Assembly (NCBI GenBank): GCA_029268515.1
Contig: JAQWNP010000010.1
Location: 218,330-282,329 of the forward strand
DNA: 64,000 nucleotides
Origin: Phycisphaerales bacterium
GTDB taxonomy: Bacteria; Planctomycetota; Phycisphaerae; Phycisphaerales; SM1A02
Direction of reading: 5' to 3'
Of this stretch, positions 56,302-64,000 are shown piece after piece. A program made the translations under genes and the position numbers. Every line of letters begins with the position of its first letter. Position 1 is the stretch's first letter. Under the pieces are notes generated by a model. It worked only from the letters and a program-made list of their open reading frames with translations. It ran no database searches and was not told the DNA's origin.

Positions 56302-57270
56302 ATGCAGATAACTTGGCGGTCGGACGTTGGGCGCCTATGGTGGTGGCTTATGCGAAAGCCCGTAGCCATCTCCATAGGTAACTTCGACGGGGTGCATGCT
56401 GGGCACCAGGCACTGATAGAAAAGGCCCATCAAGCGGTCTCTGGTGGTGGTTCACAGGGTCAGATTGTCTTCCTGGCCTTTGATCCGCACCCGGCAAGTG
56501 TTCTCCGTCCAGAGCAGCAACCTGATCTGCTGACTCCATTTAGCCAACGTGCAGATCTTTTGAGGGCGGCTGGCGTAAATGAGGTCCATCGCCTAGTTCC
56601 CACACCAGATCTACTCGGAATGAGCCCAAAATCTTTCATTGAGTCGGTGGTAGCGGCTCATCAGCCCTCATTCTTTATTGAGGGGCCTGATTTTCGATTT
56701 GGTAAAGGGCGTGCTGGTTCAATAGAGACCTTGGAATTGCTCGGCCAGCAGCATGACTTCGAGGTTGAGGTTGTGAGCACGGCTGAAGTGGTCTTAAGTG
56801 ACCACAAAATCGTGCCAGCCCGAAGTTCGTTGATCCGCTGGCTGCTATCCCACGGCCGTGTGGCGGATGCGGCACTGGTTTTAGGCCGACCCTACCAGCT
56901 CACTGGAACCGTTCAGCCTGGTGAGAAGCAAGGCCGTCTACTGGGATGTCCAACTGCAAATTGTGGCCAAGTCCAGGTGATGCTGCCAGCTGACGGTGTC
57001 TACACAGGATTGGCCAATGATCCATCTGGAAACCTACAGCCTGCAGCGATCAGTGTTGGATCGAAACCAACATTTGGCGGGCACGAAAGATTATGCGAAG
57101 TACATCTGATTGACTATGAAGGCGATCCCGATGTCTACGACTGGCCGATTCAGGTGCAGTTTAAGAGTTGGATACGTGAGCAACTGGCATTCGGATCAGA
57201 ACAGCAGCTTATCGAGCAGATGGAACGCGATGTTGATTGTGCACGGTCAAGACTGGAGAGCATGGTATGA
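56302..57270 (+). CDS. ribF: Bifunctional riboflavin kinase / FAD synthetase
   Basis: Motif AISIGNFDGVHAGHQALI plus the C-terminal kinase part GRLLGCPTAN...SVGSKPTF. An alternative start ATG lies at 56350. Confidence 0.85.
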   Translation: MQITWRSDVGRLWWWLMRKPVAISIGNFDGVHAGHQALIEKAHQAVSGGGSQGQIVFLAFDPHPASVLRPEQQPDLLTPFSQRADLLRAAGVNEVHRLVPTPDLLGMSPKSFIESVVAAHQPSFFIEGPDFRFGKGRAGSIETLELLGQQHDFEVEVVSTAEVVLSDHKIVPARSSLIRWLLSHGRVADAALVLGRPYQLTGTVQPGEKQGRLLGCPTANCGQVQVMLPADGVYTGLANDPSGNLQPAAISVGSKPTFGGHERLCEVHLIDYEGDPDVYDWPIQVQFKSWIREQLAFGSEQQLIEQMERDVDCARSRLESMV

Positions 57271-58358
57271 CAACTGGTTCATTTAAATACGAGACCAATA
57301 CCTCTGTAAGTGAGATCGCTACACGCCTCAAGAATGCAAAGCGAGTTCTGATCACAACGCACACAAAACCTGATGGCGATGCCATGGGTTGTTCGGTGGC
57401 CATGAAAAGAGCACTGGAGCAACTCGGTATTACTGCAGATTTATGGTTAGCAGGACCAGTTGAGCGCGGAATACACGCCTTGTCTTCGGGGACACCCTAC
57501 CACTTGATTGAAGAGGAACTTCCGACTGAGGAATATGACGTGATTGTGGTGGTGGATACAGGCGCCTGGACACAGTTAGAGCCAATTCGACCATGGCTTG
57601 AACCTCAAATTCAACGTGTCATCTGCATCGACCACCATCGCCGTGGTGATGAAATCAGTGCGATGAGATTAATCGATCCCACTGCTGCTGCTTGCAGTGA
57701 AGTCCTCGTTCGAGTGCTTGACGCAATGGGTTGCAAGCTGACCGGTGGTGATGCTGGAATTGCTGAAGCGCTCTTTGCTGGACTTGCGACTGACACCGGT
57801 TGGTTTAAGTTTTCGAGTGCTGGCGCGTCAACATTTGCGCTTGCCTCACGTCTCATGGAGACAGGCATTGATAAACCTCGCTTGTTCCGAATGCTTGAAG
57901 AAAACAGCCGGCCTCAACGCTTAGCGCTGGAGGCTCGGGCATTAAGTTCGGTACGCTACGGTTTTGAGGGAAAAATTGCTGTCATGGTTTTGCGGCCAGA
58001 GGACTTTGAAGAGACGGGCGCTGAAACAACGGATCTGACAGGTATGGTCAATGCACCAATGGTGGTGGGTCGCGTGAGTGTTTCTATCATCTTGACTGAA
58101 GCGGTACCGGGTAAGACCAAAATTAGTTTCCGTTCCAAGCCACCAGCGGGGGCTGAGCAAGAGATGTGGTTTGTGGATGTCAACAGCCTTGCAGCGCGTT
58201 TTGGGGGCGGGGGGCATCGACATGCGGCGGGTTGTCAAATCAATGATTCGATTGACGCATCCATTGGCCAACTGATGGAGGTTCTAGAAATCAGTGAATT
58301 CCAAAAGAACCCAGAGCGAGCATCTGTATTGCCGGGTGAGAAGAGCCAGAAATCCTAG
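57267..58358 (+). CDS. nrnA: DHH/DHHA1 phosphoesterase (NrnA-like oligoribonuclease/pAp phosphatase)
   Basis: The ATG overlaps the ribF TGA (ATGA). Motifs ITTHTKPDGDAMGC, VVVDTG, CIDHHRRGD and GGGHRHAAGCQ. Confidence 0.8.
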   Translation: MTTGSFKYETNTSVSEIATRLKNAKRVLITTHTKPDGDAMGCSVAMKRALEQLGITADLWLAGPVERGIHALSSGTPYHLIEEELPTEEYDVIVVVDTGAWTQLEPIRPWLEPQIQRVICIDHHRRGDEISAMRLIDPTAAACSEVLVRVLDAMGCKLTGGDAGIAEALFAGLATDTGWFKFSSAGASTFALASRLMETGIDKPRLFRMLEENSRPQRLALEARALSSVRYGFEGKIAVMVLRPEDFEETGAETTDLTGMVNAPMVVGRVSVSIILTEAVPGKTKISFRSKPPAGAEQEMWFVDVNSLAARFGGGGHRHAAGCQINDSIDASIGQLMEVLEISEFQKNPERASVLPGEKSQKS

Positions 58359-59371
58359 TTCGAATCATCAGTGGTCATAGGCAATGATGGGCTTGTTTCA
58401 CTATTGGGCTCAACCGTGGGTTGCGCCGGCGCGGTTGTCACTGGCGCGGTCGCGGCCGATGGGTAGATTCGAGTCGGCTGAAAGAAGTAATAGAAGCTCG
58501 CGTAGGGGCCAATGACAGGTGGTCTTTCTGGATGGATCACTGTTGTTTTGAGTCGGGCAACTTCTGGAAGGACCCGGGTGTCGAACTGAGCAGCTGGAAT
58601 GAGCGCGCCTTCGATCTGCGCTCGGTCTGTTTTGTTACGAGTCAAGATGGTATTTAAACGGCTATCTTGTGAAGCGCTCAGTCTCGTCCAGAAGGGATGG
58701 CCGAGTGGAGCCAGTGTTTCTTTGTCTAGTGATTGAACTTTGATCTCAACATGACGGCCAAGCGTTGTGCGTTGTTCAATACGTACCGTCCAAGTGACAT
58801 GGGCGCGGTATGCGTGATTCACTTGTCTGAGCCAAAGACGAACCGACCTGAGATAGCTCATGTTTTCTGGGGACCCTGGTTCACCAATTGGGGTTTTGCC
58901 CAAAGTCTGTTGGTAATTTTCTTTGAGAGCAAAGAACAGGGCGGTCGGGCTGGCTTCAAAACCAGCAGCGTTCATCACTGATTCATCGCTTATTTCTGGT
59001 GCATTGACTTGTTGTGGGATTGTATCGGATGGCGTTTCTTGATCTGTCGGTACTGTTTGAATGTCATCGTTGTCTGAATCATCATTGCGAGTGACTTCTG
59101 ACTGTGATGCGGCTTCCTGATTCATTTGTTCGATGCGATCAAGCAGTTCGCTCATCTGAGTACTGGCCATTACAAGTTGGGCAGTGAGATCTCGAATTTG
59201 ATCTTTGAGTCGTTGGTTTTCGATGCGAAGGTCCTGTAGGGTCTGCGCCTGTCCAGTCCCAGGGGTACACAAGATGAGCGCCATGCAGACAGAGAGGAGC
59301 TGGCCGATATGGCATGCCAGAGAGACTGGCTGAGACGTTGGTGGTTTGATACTGCAAAACCCAGCATTCAT
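58355..59371 (-). CDS. Membrane-anchored coiled-coil hypothetical protein
   Basis: I placed the start at ATG 59371; the ORF opens with GTG at 59386. It has a TM helix LLSVCMALILCTPG, a coiled coil LQDLRIENQRLKDQIRDLTAQL and an acidic linker. Its 3' end overlaps nrnA by 4 nt (convergent). Confidence 0.45.
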   Translation of the reverse strand: MNAGFCSIKPPTSQPVSLACHIGQLLSVCMALILCTPGTGQAQTLQDLRIENQRLKDQIRDLTAQLVMASTQMSELLDRIEQMNQEAASQSEVTRNDDSDNDDIQTVPTDQETPSDTIPQQVNAPEISDESVMNAAGFEASPTALFFALKENYQQTLGKTPIGEPGSPENMSYLRSVRLWLRQVNHAYRAHVTWTVRIEQRTTLGRHVEIKVQSLDKETLAPLGHPFWTRLSASQDSRLNTILTRNKTDRAQIEGALIPAAQFDTRVLPEVARLKTTVIHPERPPVIGPYASFYYFFQPTRIYPSAATAPVTTAPAQPTVEPNSETSPSLPMTTDDSN

Positions 59372-59527
59372 GGTGGTGCCCTTCACTTTTTATATGGAGT
59401 GCCAAAGTATTGTTTTTTAGCGCTGCCTTCGATACGGGACCATTAATACAGCTCCTAAGCACTGTATCAAGCCAAACAGGCGTTTTTATACCTGTTTGAG
59501 CCGATGTTATGAGATAAGGTTGTCTTC

Positions 59528-61405
59528 TTGAGGTTGGCGCCGACTTGTCTGATGCAATATGGCGCGTACTATTCAAGAGATGGGCGGCGTATTCTTTACT
59601 TGATCGTGCGAGGCCGAAGGGCCTGGAGGCTCATTTTGGAACATATACACGCCATCATTCGACTTGCCAGTCGCCGAATTGCTTTGACCGATTTTCTTCG
59701 CTGGCTCCGTGATCTTTTGATCTTGGCACTGGGTGTTATTTGTATCTATCTCGCACTTGAACGATTGGCAATGGTGCCACAGGCGCCCTGGTTTTGGTGG
59801 ATTCCTCCGGTACTCATTGCGGCCATTCTGGTGGCAGTGATGTTATGGTCGCGCCATCGCCTAAAACAAGTGAATGTCGCTATTGCAGTTGACCAGCAAC
59901 TGGGTCTTGATGAGAGACTTTCATCGGCAATGATGCTGTCAGACTCTGATGATCCATTCGCCAGAGCAGCGATTGATGATGCGATTCGTACGGCTCGCTT
60001 ACCACAGACCCGTGAACAAGTTGGAAGGGCTTTTAAAGTAAGAGCACCACGTGGTTGGTGGGTTCCAATTCTGTTGATCGCTCTTGCAGTTGGAATATTT
60101 TTTACGCCGACAATAGCGGCAAAGCAGGTTGATCAAACGCAACAGTCCGAGGTATTGATTGTTGACTCAGCTGAGCAAGCTAAAGAAGAAGTAACGGCTT
60201 CCGTATCAGCACTTGAAGAGGCTGTTGCAAAGGATGAGTCACTTGCGATTGCGATGCAAGAGACTTTGGACAAAATGAAACCAGAAGCCCTTCAAGTCAG
60301 TGAAGATGCTTCTGCGACTGAGATTCGACAGGATGCGATTAAGAAAGTGACCGAGCTCAATCGCCGGCTCGAGGAATTGCTGGATAGTGAACAAGTTCAG
60401 GCATCTGAAATGTTAGAGGAGATGCTGAGTAAGATTTCTGCAGACGCTGAGCAATCAAATGCAACGAGTGAACTGATGAAGGCCATGGCCCGTGGTGACT
60501 TTAAGGCAGCGCAGGAAGCAATCAAAAACCTTCAGGAAGAGATCAAACAGGCAGGTGAGGGTGGCCAGGCATTGGCGGAAGAGATTGCGGACCTCGCAGC
60601 CCAGCTTAACGCTCTTTCTCAGCAGCGCGAACAGTTGGCCGAAGCACTCGAACGCGCAGGTCTCGACGGTCAATTAGCAGAGAATATGGCGGCGCTTGAA
60701 CAGGCGCTGAAGCAGAATCAGAATCTCACTCAGCAGCAAAAGGATGAGCTGCGTAAGTTGGCAGAATCCCAGATGGGTGCATGTAAGCAATGTAATAACA
60801 TGGGCCAATCGATGCAGCAGATGGCTCAGGCATGTAAGCAAGGTGGTCAGCAATCCACGAGTAAAGCCGGCAATGAAATGTCCGAGCAATTGTCGCGTAT
60901 GGAAATGATGCAGCAGATGTTGCAGCAGGCCAAGGTGACTCAGAAAATGTGTGTCAGTGAATGCCAGTCGATGGGGCAGTGCAATGGCAACCAAGGCCAA
61001 GGAGGCGGTGGTTCTGGCGATAGCGGAGCAGGCAGTAGTGGAACAGGCGGTTCGGGTCAGGGCAATGGTGGAAAAAACAGCGTCGAGGAGACATCGGTCT
61101 CCATGACCGAGGTGAAGGCGAACATTTTCACAGAGCAGGGAGATGTTATTGCACGTGAGTTGTTTGATGGTGAGATTGAAGCAGGGGTGTCATCAGCGTC
61201 TGTAAAAGAAGTGATAAGGACAGCGGTAGAAGGTTTTGAGGATGGCGTGAGCGAAGACCCACTGCCGCCCTATTATGATGAAGTCCAAAAGCACTACTTC
61301 GGGGAACTTGCGGAGCTGATTAAGGCCCTTGATGCGGCAAATCAGGACAACACATCAGTCGATCAACCCGAGCCATCCCAGGATGAAGATTCGAGCAACC
61401 AGTGA
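59528..61405 (+). CDS. Two-TM membrane protein with a long Q/E/A-rich coiled coil and a Gly-rich patch, hypothetical
   Basis: Two TM helices (LLILALGVICIYLAL, WWIPPVLIAAILVAVMLW), then DQQLGLDERLSSAMML, a coiled coil and GQGGGGSGDSGAGSSGTGGSGQGNGG. The start is uncertain: TTG 59528 or ATG 59552. Confidence 0.5.
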   Translation: MRLAPTCLMQYGAYYSRDGRRILYLIVRGRRAWRLILEHIHAIIRLASRRIALTDFLRWLRDLLILALGVICIYLALERLAMVPQAPWFWWIPPVLIAAILVAVMLWSRHRLKQVNVAIAVDQQLGLDERLSSAMMLSDSDDPFARAAIDDAIRTARLPQTREQVGRAFKVRAPRGWWVPILLIALAVGIFFTPTIAAKQVDQTQQSEVLIVDSAEQAKEEVTASVSALEEAVAKDESLAIAMQETLDKMKPEALQVSEDASATEIRQDAIKKVTELNRRLEELLDSEQVQASEMLEEMLSKISADAEQSNATSELMKAMARGDFKAAQEAIKNLQEEIKQAGEGGQALAEEIADLAAQLNALSQQREQLAEALERAGLDGQLAENMAALEQALKQNQNLTQQQKDELRKLAESQMGACKQCNNMGQSMQQMAQACKQGGQQSTSKAGNEMSEQLSRMEMMQQMLQQAKVTQKMCVSECQSMGQCNGNQGQGGGGSGDSGAGSSGTGGSGQGNGGKNSVEETSVSMTEVKANIFTEQGDVIARELFDGEIEAGVSSASVKEVIRTAVEGFEDGVSEDPLPPYYDEVQKHYFGELAELIKALDAANQDNTSVDQPEPSQDEDSSNQ

Positions 61406-61454
61406 GACCAGTAGCGATTGCGTAAGGCCATTGGCAAGGCTTTGTCGCTGTGCT

Positions 61455-62480
61455 ATGCGCGTCCAGGTCGTATGGCTGGCTGTCATGATGATTTCATGCA
61501 ATGACAGGCCGTCGCCTGAGCGCGTTATACTTTACGTTTCGGCTGATGAGCATGTTGCTCGTCAGGTCATCGAACGTTTCGAAGTTGCCACGGGTATTGA
61601 GGTTCAGGTCGTTGGGGACACAGAATTAAAGAAGACCACTGGCCTCGTAGAACGCATTCGTAGAGAAGCTGAGCGGCCAAGAGCTGATGTCTTCTGGAAT
61701 TCTGAAGCTTTCATGACCGAGGCATTGGCAGCCGAGGGGCTGCTCACCCCACATACCTCTGAGGTCGCCAAGGCGTGGCCAACTGTGCATCGGCACCCAG
61801 GCCATCTATGGCATGGATTTGCGGGGCGGGCGAGGGCGCTGGTTTATAACCCAAGCCATCTCATGGCTGAAGACATTCCTGAGCAATGGGCGGATCTGGT
61901 ATCCGAAAAATACAAGGGTCAGATTGTGATGGCTGATCCGCGTTTTGGAACAACCGGTGGTCACTTGGCGGTCATTCAATGGCTTTTTGATGAAACACTG
62001 CCGGGTAGTTATGACCAATTTGTCGATGGTTTAGCGGCCAATGATGTCAGGCTGCTTCCCAGCGGGAATGCTGGTGTTGTTGATGCGGTTGAGCGAGGTG
62101 AGGCTGTACTTGGATTAACAGATACGGATGACATATGGGCGGTGCTGGATCGTGGTGGCAAAGTGGATTGGGTATTACCTGGCCACAGTATGGGTGAAGA
62201 TGCAACGCCTCATGGCCCACTGGTCATACCAAATACAGTGGCGTTAGTTCGTGGTGGGCCTCACCCAAAGCAGGCAGCGTTGTTGGCTGATTTTTTGTTG
62301 TCCGCAGAGGTGGAGTCTTTGTTGGCTCAATCCTCATCACGAAACATCCCCTTAGGATCAGATGCCGTCATCAATGCTGACATTATTGTTCACAATCCTG
62401 TTGATGTGGATTACGCGGTAGTGGCAGCAGGACGATCAGCGGCTGTTCAAAGTGCGGTCAAACGTCTCGGAGGTCGCTGA
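61455..62480 (+). CDS. ABC-transporter periplasmic substrate-binding lipoprotein (iron(III)/FbpA-AfuA-like)
   Basis: I placed the start at ATG 61455, which opens MRVQVVWLAVMMISC (lipobox). Motifs VILYVSADEHVARQVIERFEVATGIEVQVV and RADVFWNSEAF. Confidence 0.7.
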   Translation: MRVQVVWLAVMMISCNDRPSPERVILYVSADEHVARQVIERFEVATGIEVQVVGDTELKKTTGLVERIRREAERPRADVFWNSEAFMTEALAAEGLLTPHTSEVAKAWPTVHRHPGHLWHGFAGRARALVYNPSHLMAEDIPEQWADLVSEKYKGQIVMADPRFGTTGGHLAVIQWLFDETLPGSYDQFVDGLAANDVRLLPSGNAGVVDAVERGEAVLGLTDTDDIWAVLDRGGKVDWVLPGHSMGEDATPHGPLVIPNTVALVRGGPHPKQAALLADFLLSAEVESLLAQSSSRNIPLGSDAVINADIIVHNPVDVDYAVVAAGRSAAVQSAVKRLGGR

Positions 62481-62484
62481 ACTG

Positions 62485-64000
62485 ATGCGCAGTAGTGGCT
62501 GGATCTTAGTTGCCATCGCGACCTGCCTCTGGATTGCTGTGGGCGTATTGCCGCTTGTCAGTGGCTTCATGTCATTTGATAATTCAGAGACCACAAATGT
62601 ACCTATGATTCGGCCGCTTGGTGAGTTGCTTCTCACAACAGCAGGGTGGTCAGTGGCGGTGGCTGGTGGCGCCATGTTGCTGGGACTTGGTCCAGGCATC
62701 TACTTATCAAGAATTGCAAGAAGTCATCAGAATTTCCGACGCTATGGAAGGTCTGTTTGGGCCATTGTGATTCTGTTTTTGCTATTGGTGCCTTTATTTC
62801 TGCCGCCTTACCTCATCTTCTTTGCATGGTGGCAACTCTGGCCACCAAATAGCGGTGTGTACGCATGGGCAGTTGACCATGGCATGGTTGGGCAACTTCG
62901 ATCGGCGACCTTGTATGTTGGTTTCGTAGCATGGTCATGGCCGTTGGTCGCATTATGTGTTGCTGGAATGCAGCGTGGTACACCAGATCGCGATCAGGAA
63001 CTTGTAGAAATTGATGGAGCGCCACTGCTCATGCGACTGAGGCTCACTGTCAGTCGCAGTATTGGTGGCCTTGCCTTAGGAGGATTGGTTGTATTCCTAC
63101 TGACATGGAGTAATACAACTTGTTTTGACTTGGCTCAGATCTTTTCGCTGGCCAATGAAGCCAGAGCTTTAGAAGCATTAGGTGCGCCGGCATCTCAGCT
63201 CATTTCCGTGAGTGGGCCAGCCGTCCTTATTAGTTGCGTCGGCGCAATCGTGGTGTGGTGGCTTATTACCAGTCGCCATGGAGATCGCCGTTCGGATTCA
63301 CTTGTGACAGCGCAAGCTGAAGTGGTGAGAGGGCAGTTTGCGAACATCTATAGATGGCTGGGTGTTTTTATGATCGCGGGTCTGTGGATACTGACAGTTG
63401 GTATTCCAGTGACAGCATTTGTTTGGTCGCTCACAAATATGTTGCGAGATGGTTCCATCTTGACTGGCCTGGGCGGATTCATGGATGTCTATGGCACTTC
63501 AGTGTTCTCTGGAGTCTTCTTGTCATTGCTCACGGCAAGCGCTGGCGGGATTGTGACGCTCGGCCTAGCGCTGATGTGGATCCATCCCTCAAGCTGGGTG
63601 CGCCTATTAGCGCATATCCAGGCGGTCCTGTGGTTGATCATTGGCGCGGTTCCCGCTGCGTCCTATGCCGTTGGCTTGCGTGGTGCATGGGATCATCTGA
63701 TTGGTGACATGCCCCTGGTTCTGGCAGCAGCACACTTGGGACGTTATGGATTTGTTGCAGCATTGGTTGGTTGGTGGATTGCGCGTTCAGAGGGGCGTCA
63801 GCAGCGAGATGTTCGTCTCTTAGACGGCGGCCGCTCAGGGCTCCTCGGAGGCATTGGATTAGGAGGTGCATTTACGGCACTCGCACCGGCATTGATTGGG
63901 GGTGTTGTTGCAGCCTTCGCCCTTATTGCAATCGCCTCGTTTGGTGAAATTCCGATGACGCAGCAAGTCGCGCCACCGGCGCGATCAGTGCCACTTCAGG
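62485..64000 (+). CDS. ABC-transporter permease (double-domain, FbpB-like), 3'-truncated by the window edge
   Basis: This gene is absent from the supplied ORF track because no stop codon falls inside the window. The frame from ATG 62485 stays open to nt 64000 and is highly hydrophobic. It carries the permease loop DRDQELVEIDGAPLLMRLRLTV and starts 4 nt after the binding-protein gene. Confidence 0.7.
   Translation, partial: MRSSGWILVAIATCLWIAVGVLPLVSGFMSFDNSETTNVPMIRPLGELLLTTAGWSVAVAGGAMLLGLGPGIYLSRIARSHQNFRRYGRSVWAIVILFLLLVPLFLPPYLIFFAWWQLWPPNSGVYAWAVDHGMVGQLRSATLYVGFVAWSWPLVALCVAGMQRGTPDRDQELVEIDGAPLLMRLRLTVSRSIGGLALGGLVVFLLTWSNTTCFDLAQIFSLANEARALEALGAPASQLISVSGPAVLISCVGAIVVWWLITSRHGDRRSDSLVTAQAEVVRGQFANIYRWLGVFMIAGLWILTVGIPVTAFVWSLTNMLRDGSILTGLGGFMDVYGTSVFSGVFLSLLTASAGGIVTLGLALMWIHPSSWVRLLAHIQAVLWLIIGAVPAASYAVGLRGAWDHLIGDMPLVLAAAHLGRYGFVAALVGWWIARSEGRQQRDVRLLDGGRSGLLGGIGLGGAFTALAPALIGGVVAAFALIAIASFGEIPMTQQVAPPARSVPLQ

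Overview
This 64-kb window looks like ordinary chromosome from a PVC-superphylum bacterium (Planctomycetota/Phycisphaerae-like). That assignment is an inference from gene content: a PSCyt-DUF1549/DUF1553 gene paired with a DUF1501 gene, a giant dehydrogenase-HEAT-PA14-cytochrome c protein, and PEP-CTERM tails. I can support about 45 protein-coding genes (two cut by the window edges), one tRNA-Pro(UGG) and several hairpin terminators. I saw no rRNA, CRISPR array, transposase, integrase or phage genes.

Housekeeping content: dcd-nrdJ (B12-dependent class II ribonucleotide reductase), a uvrD/pcrA-type helicase, queG, ribF-nrnA, a large NAD-glutamate dehydrogenase, an isolated nuoA, a THUMP rRNA methyltransferase and an iron-type ABC importer.

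Accessory content and main leads:
- A 10-kb cell-surface island (1-10200). Three unrelated secreted proteins (S8 protease, P-domain/beta-propeller protein, cupredoxin) end in the same Cys-bracketed double calcium-loop (dockerin-like) tail. Two of them also share an uncharacterised ~270-aa module.
- A cphB-cphA cyanophycin pair with a divergent TetR regulator.
- A PadR regulator translationally coupled to a membrane protein that carries a 30-nt tandem Gly-rich repeat.
- A DUF4139-led three-gene envelope operon containing a CX4CH motif.
- A 470-bp ORF-free, hairpin-dense spacer between nrdJ and a LamG-phosphoesterase gene. I could not assign it to any RNA family.
- NrdR-box-like palindromes in the 660-bp dcd/uvrD divergent region.

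All family calls rest on motifs read by eye. No HMM or BLAST search was possible.
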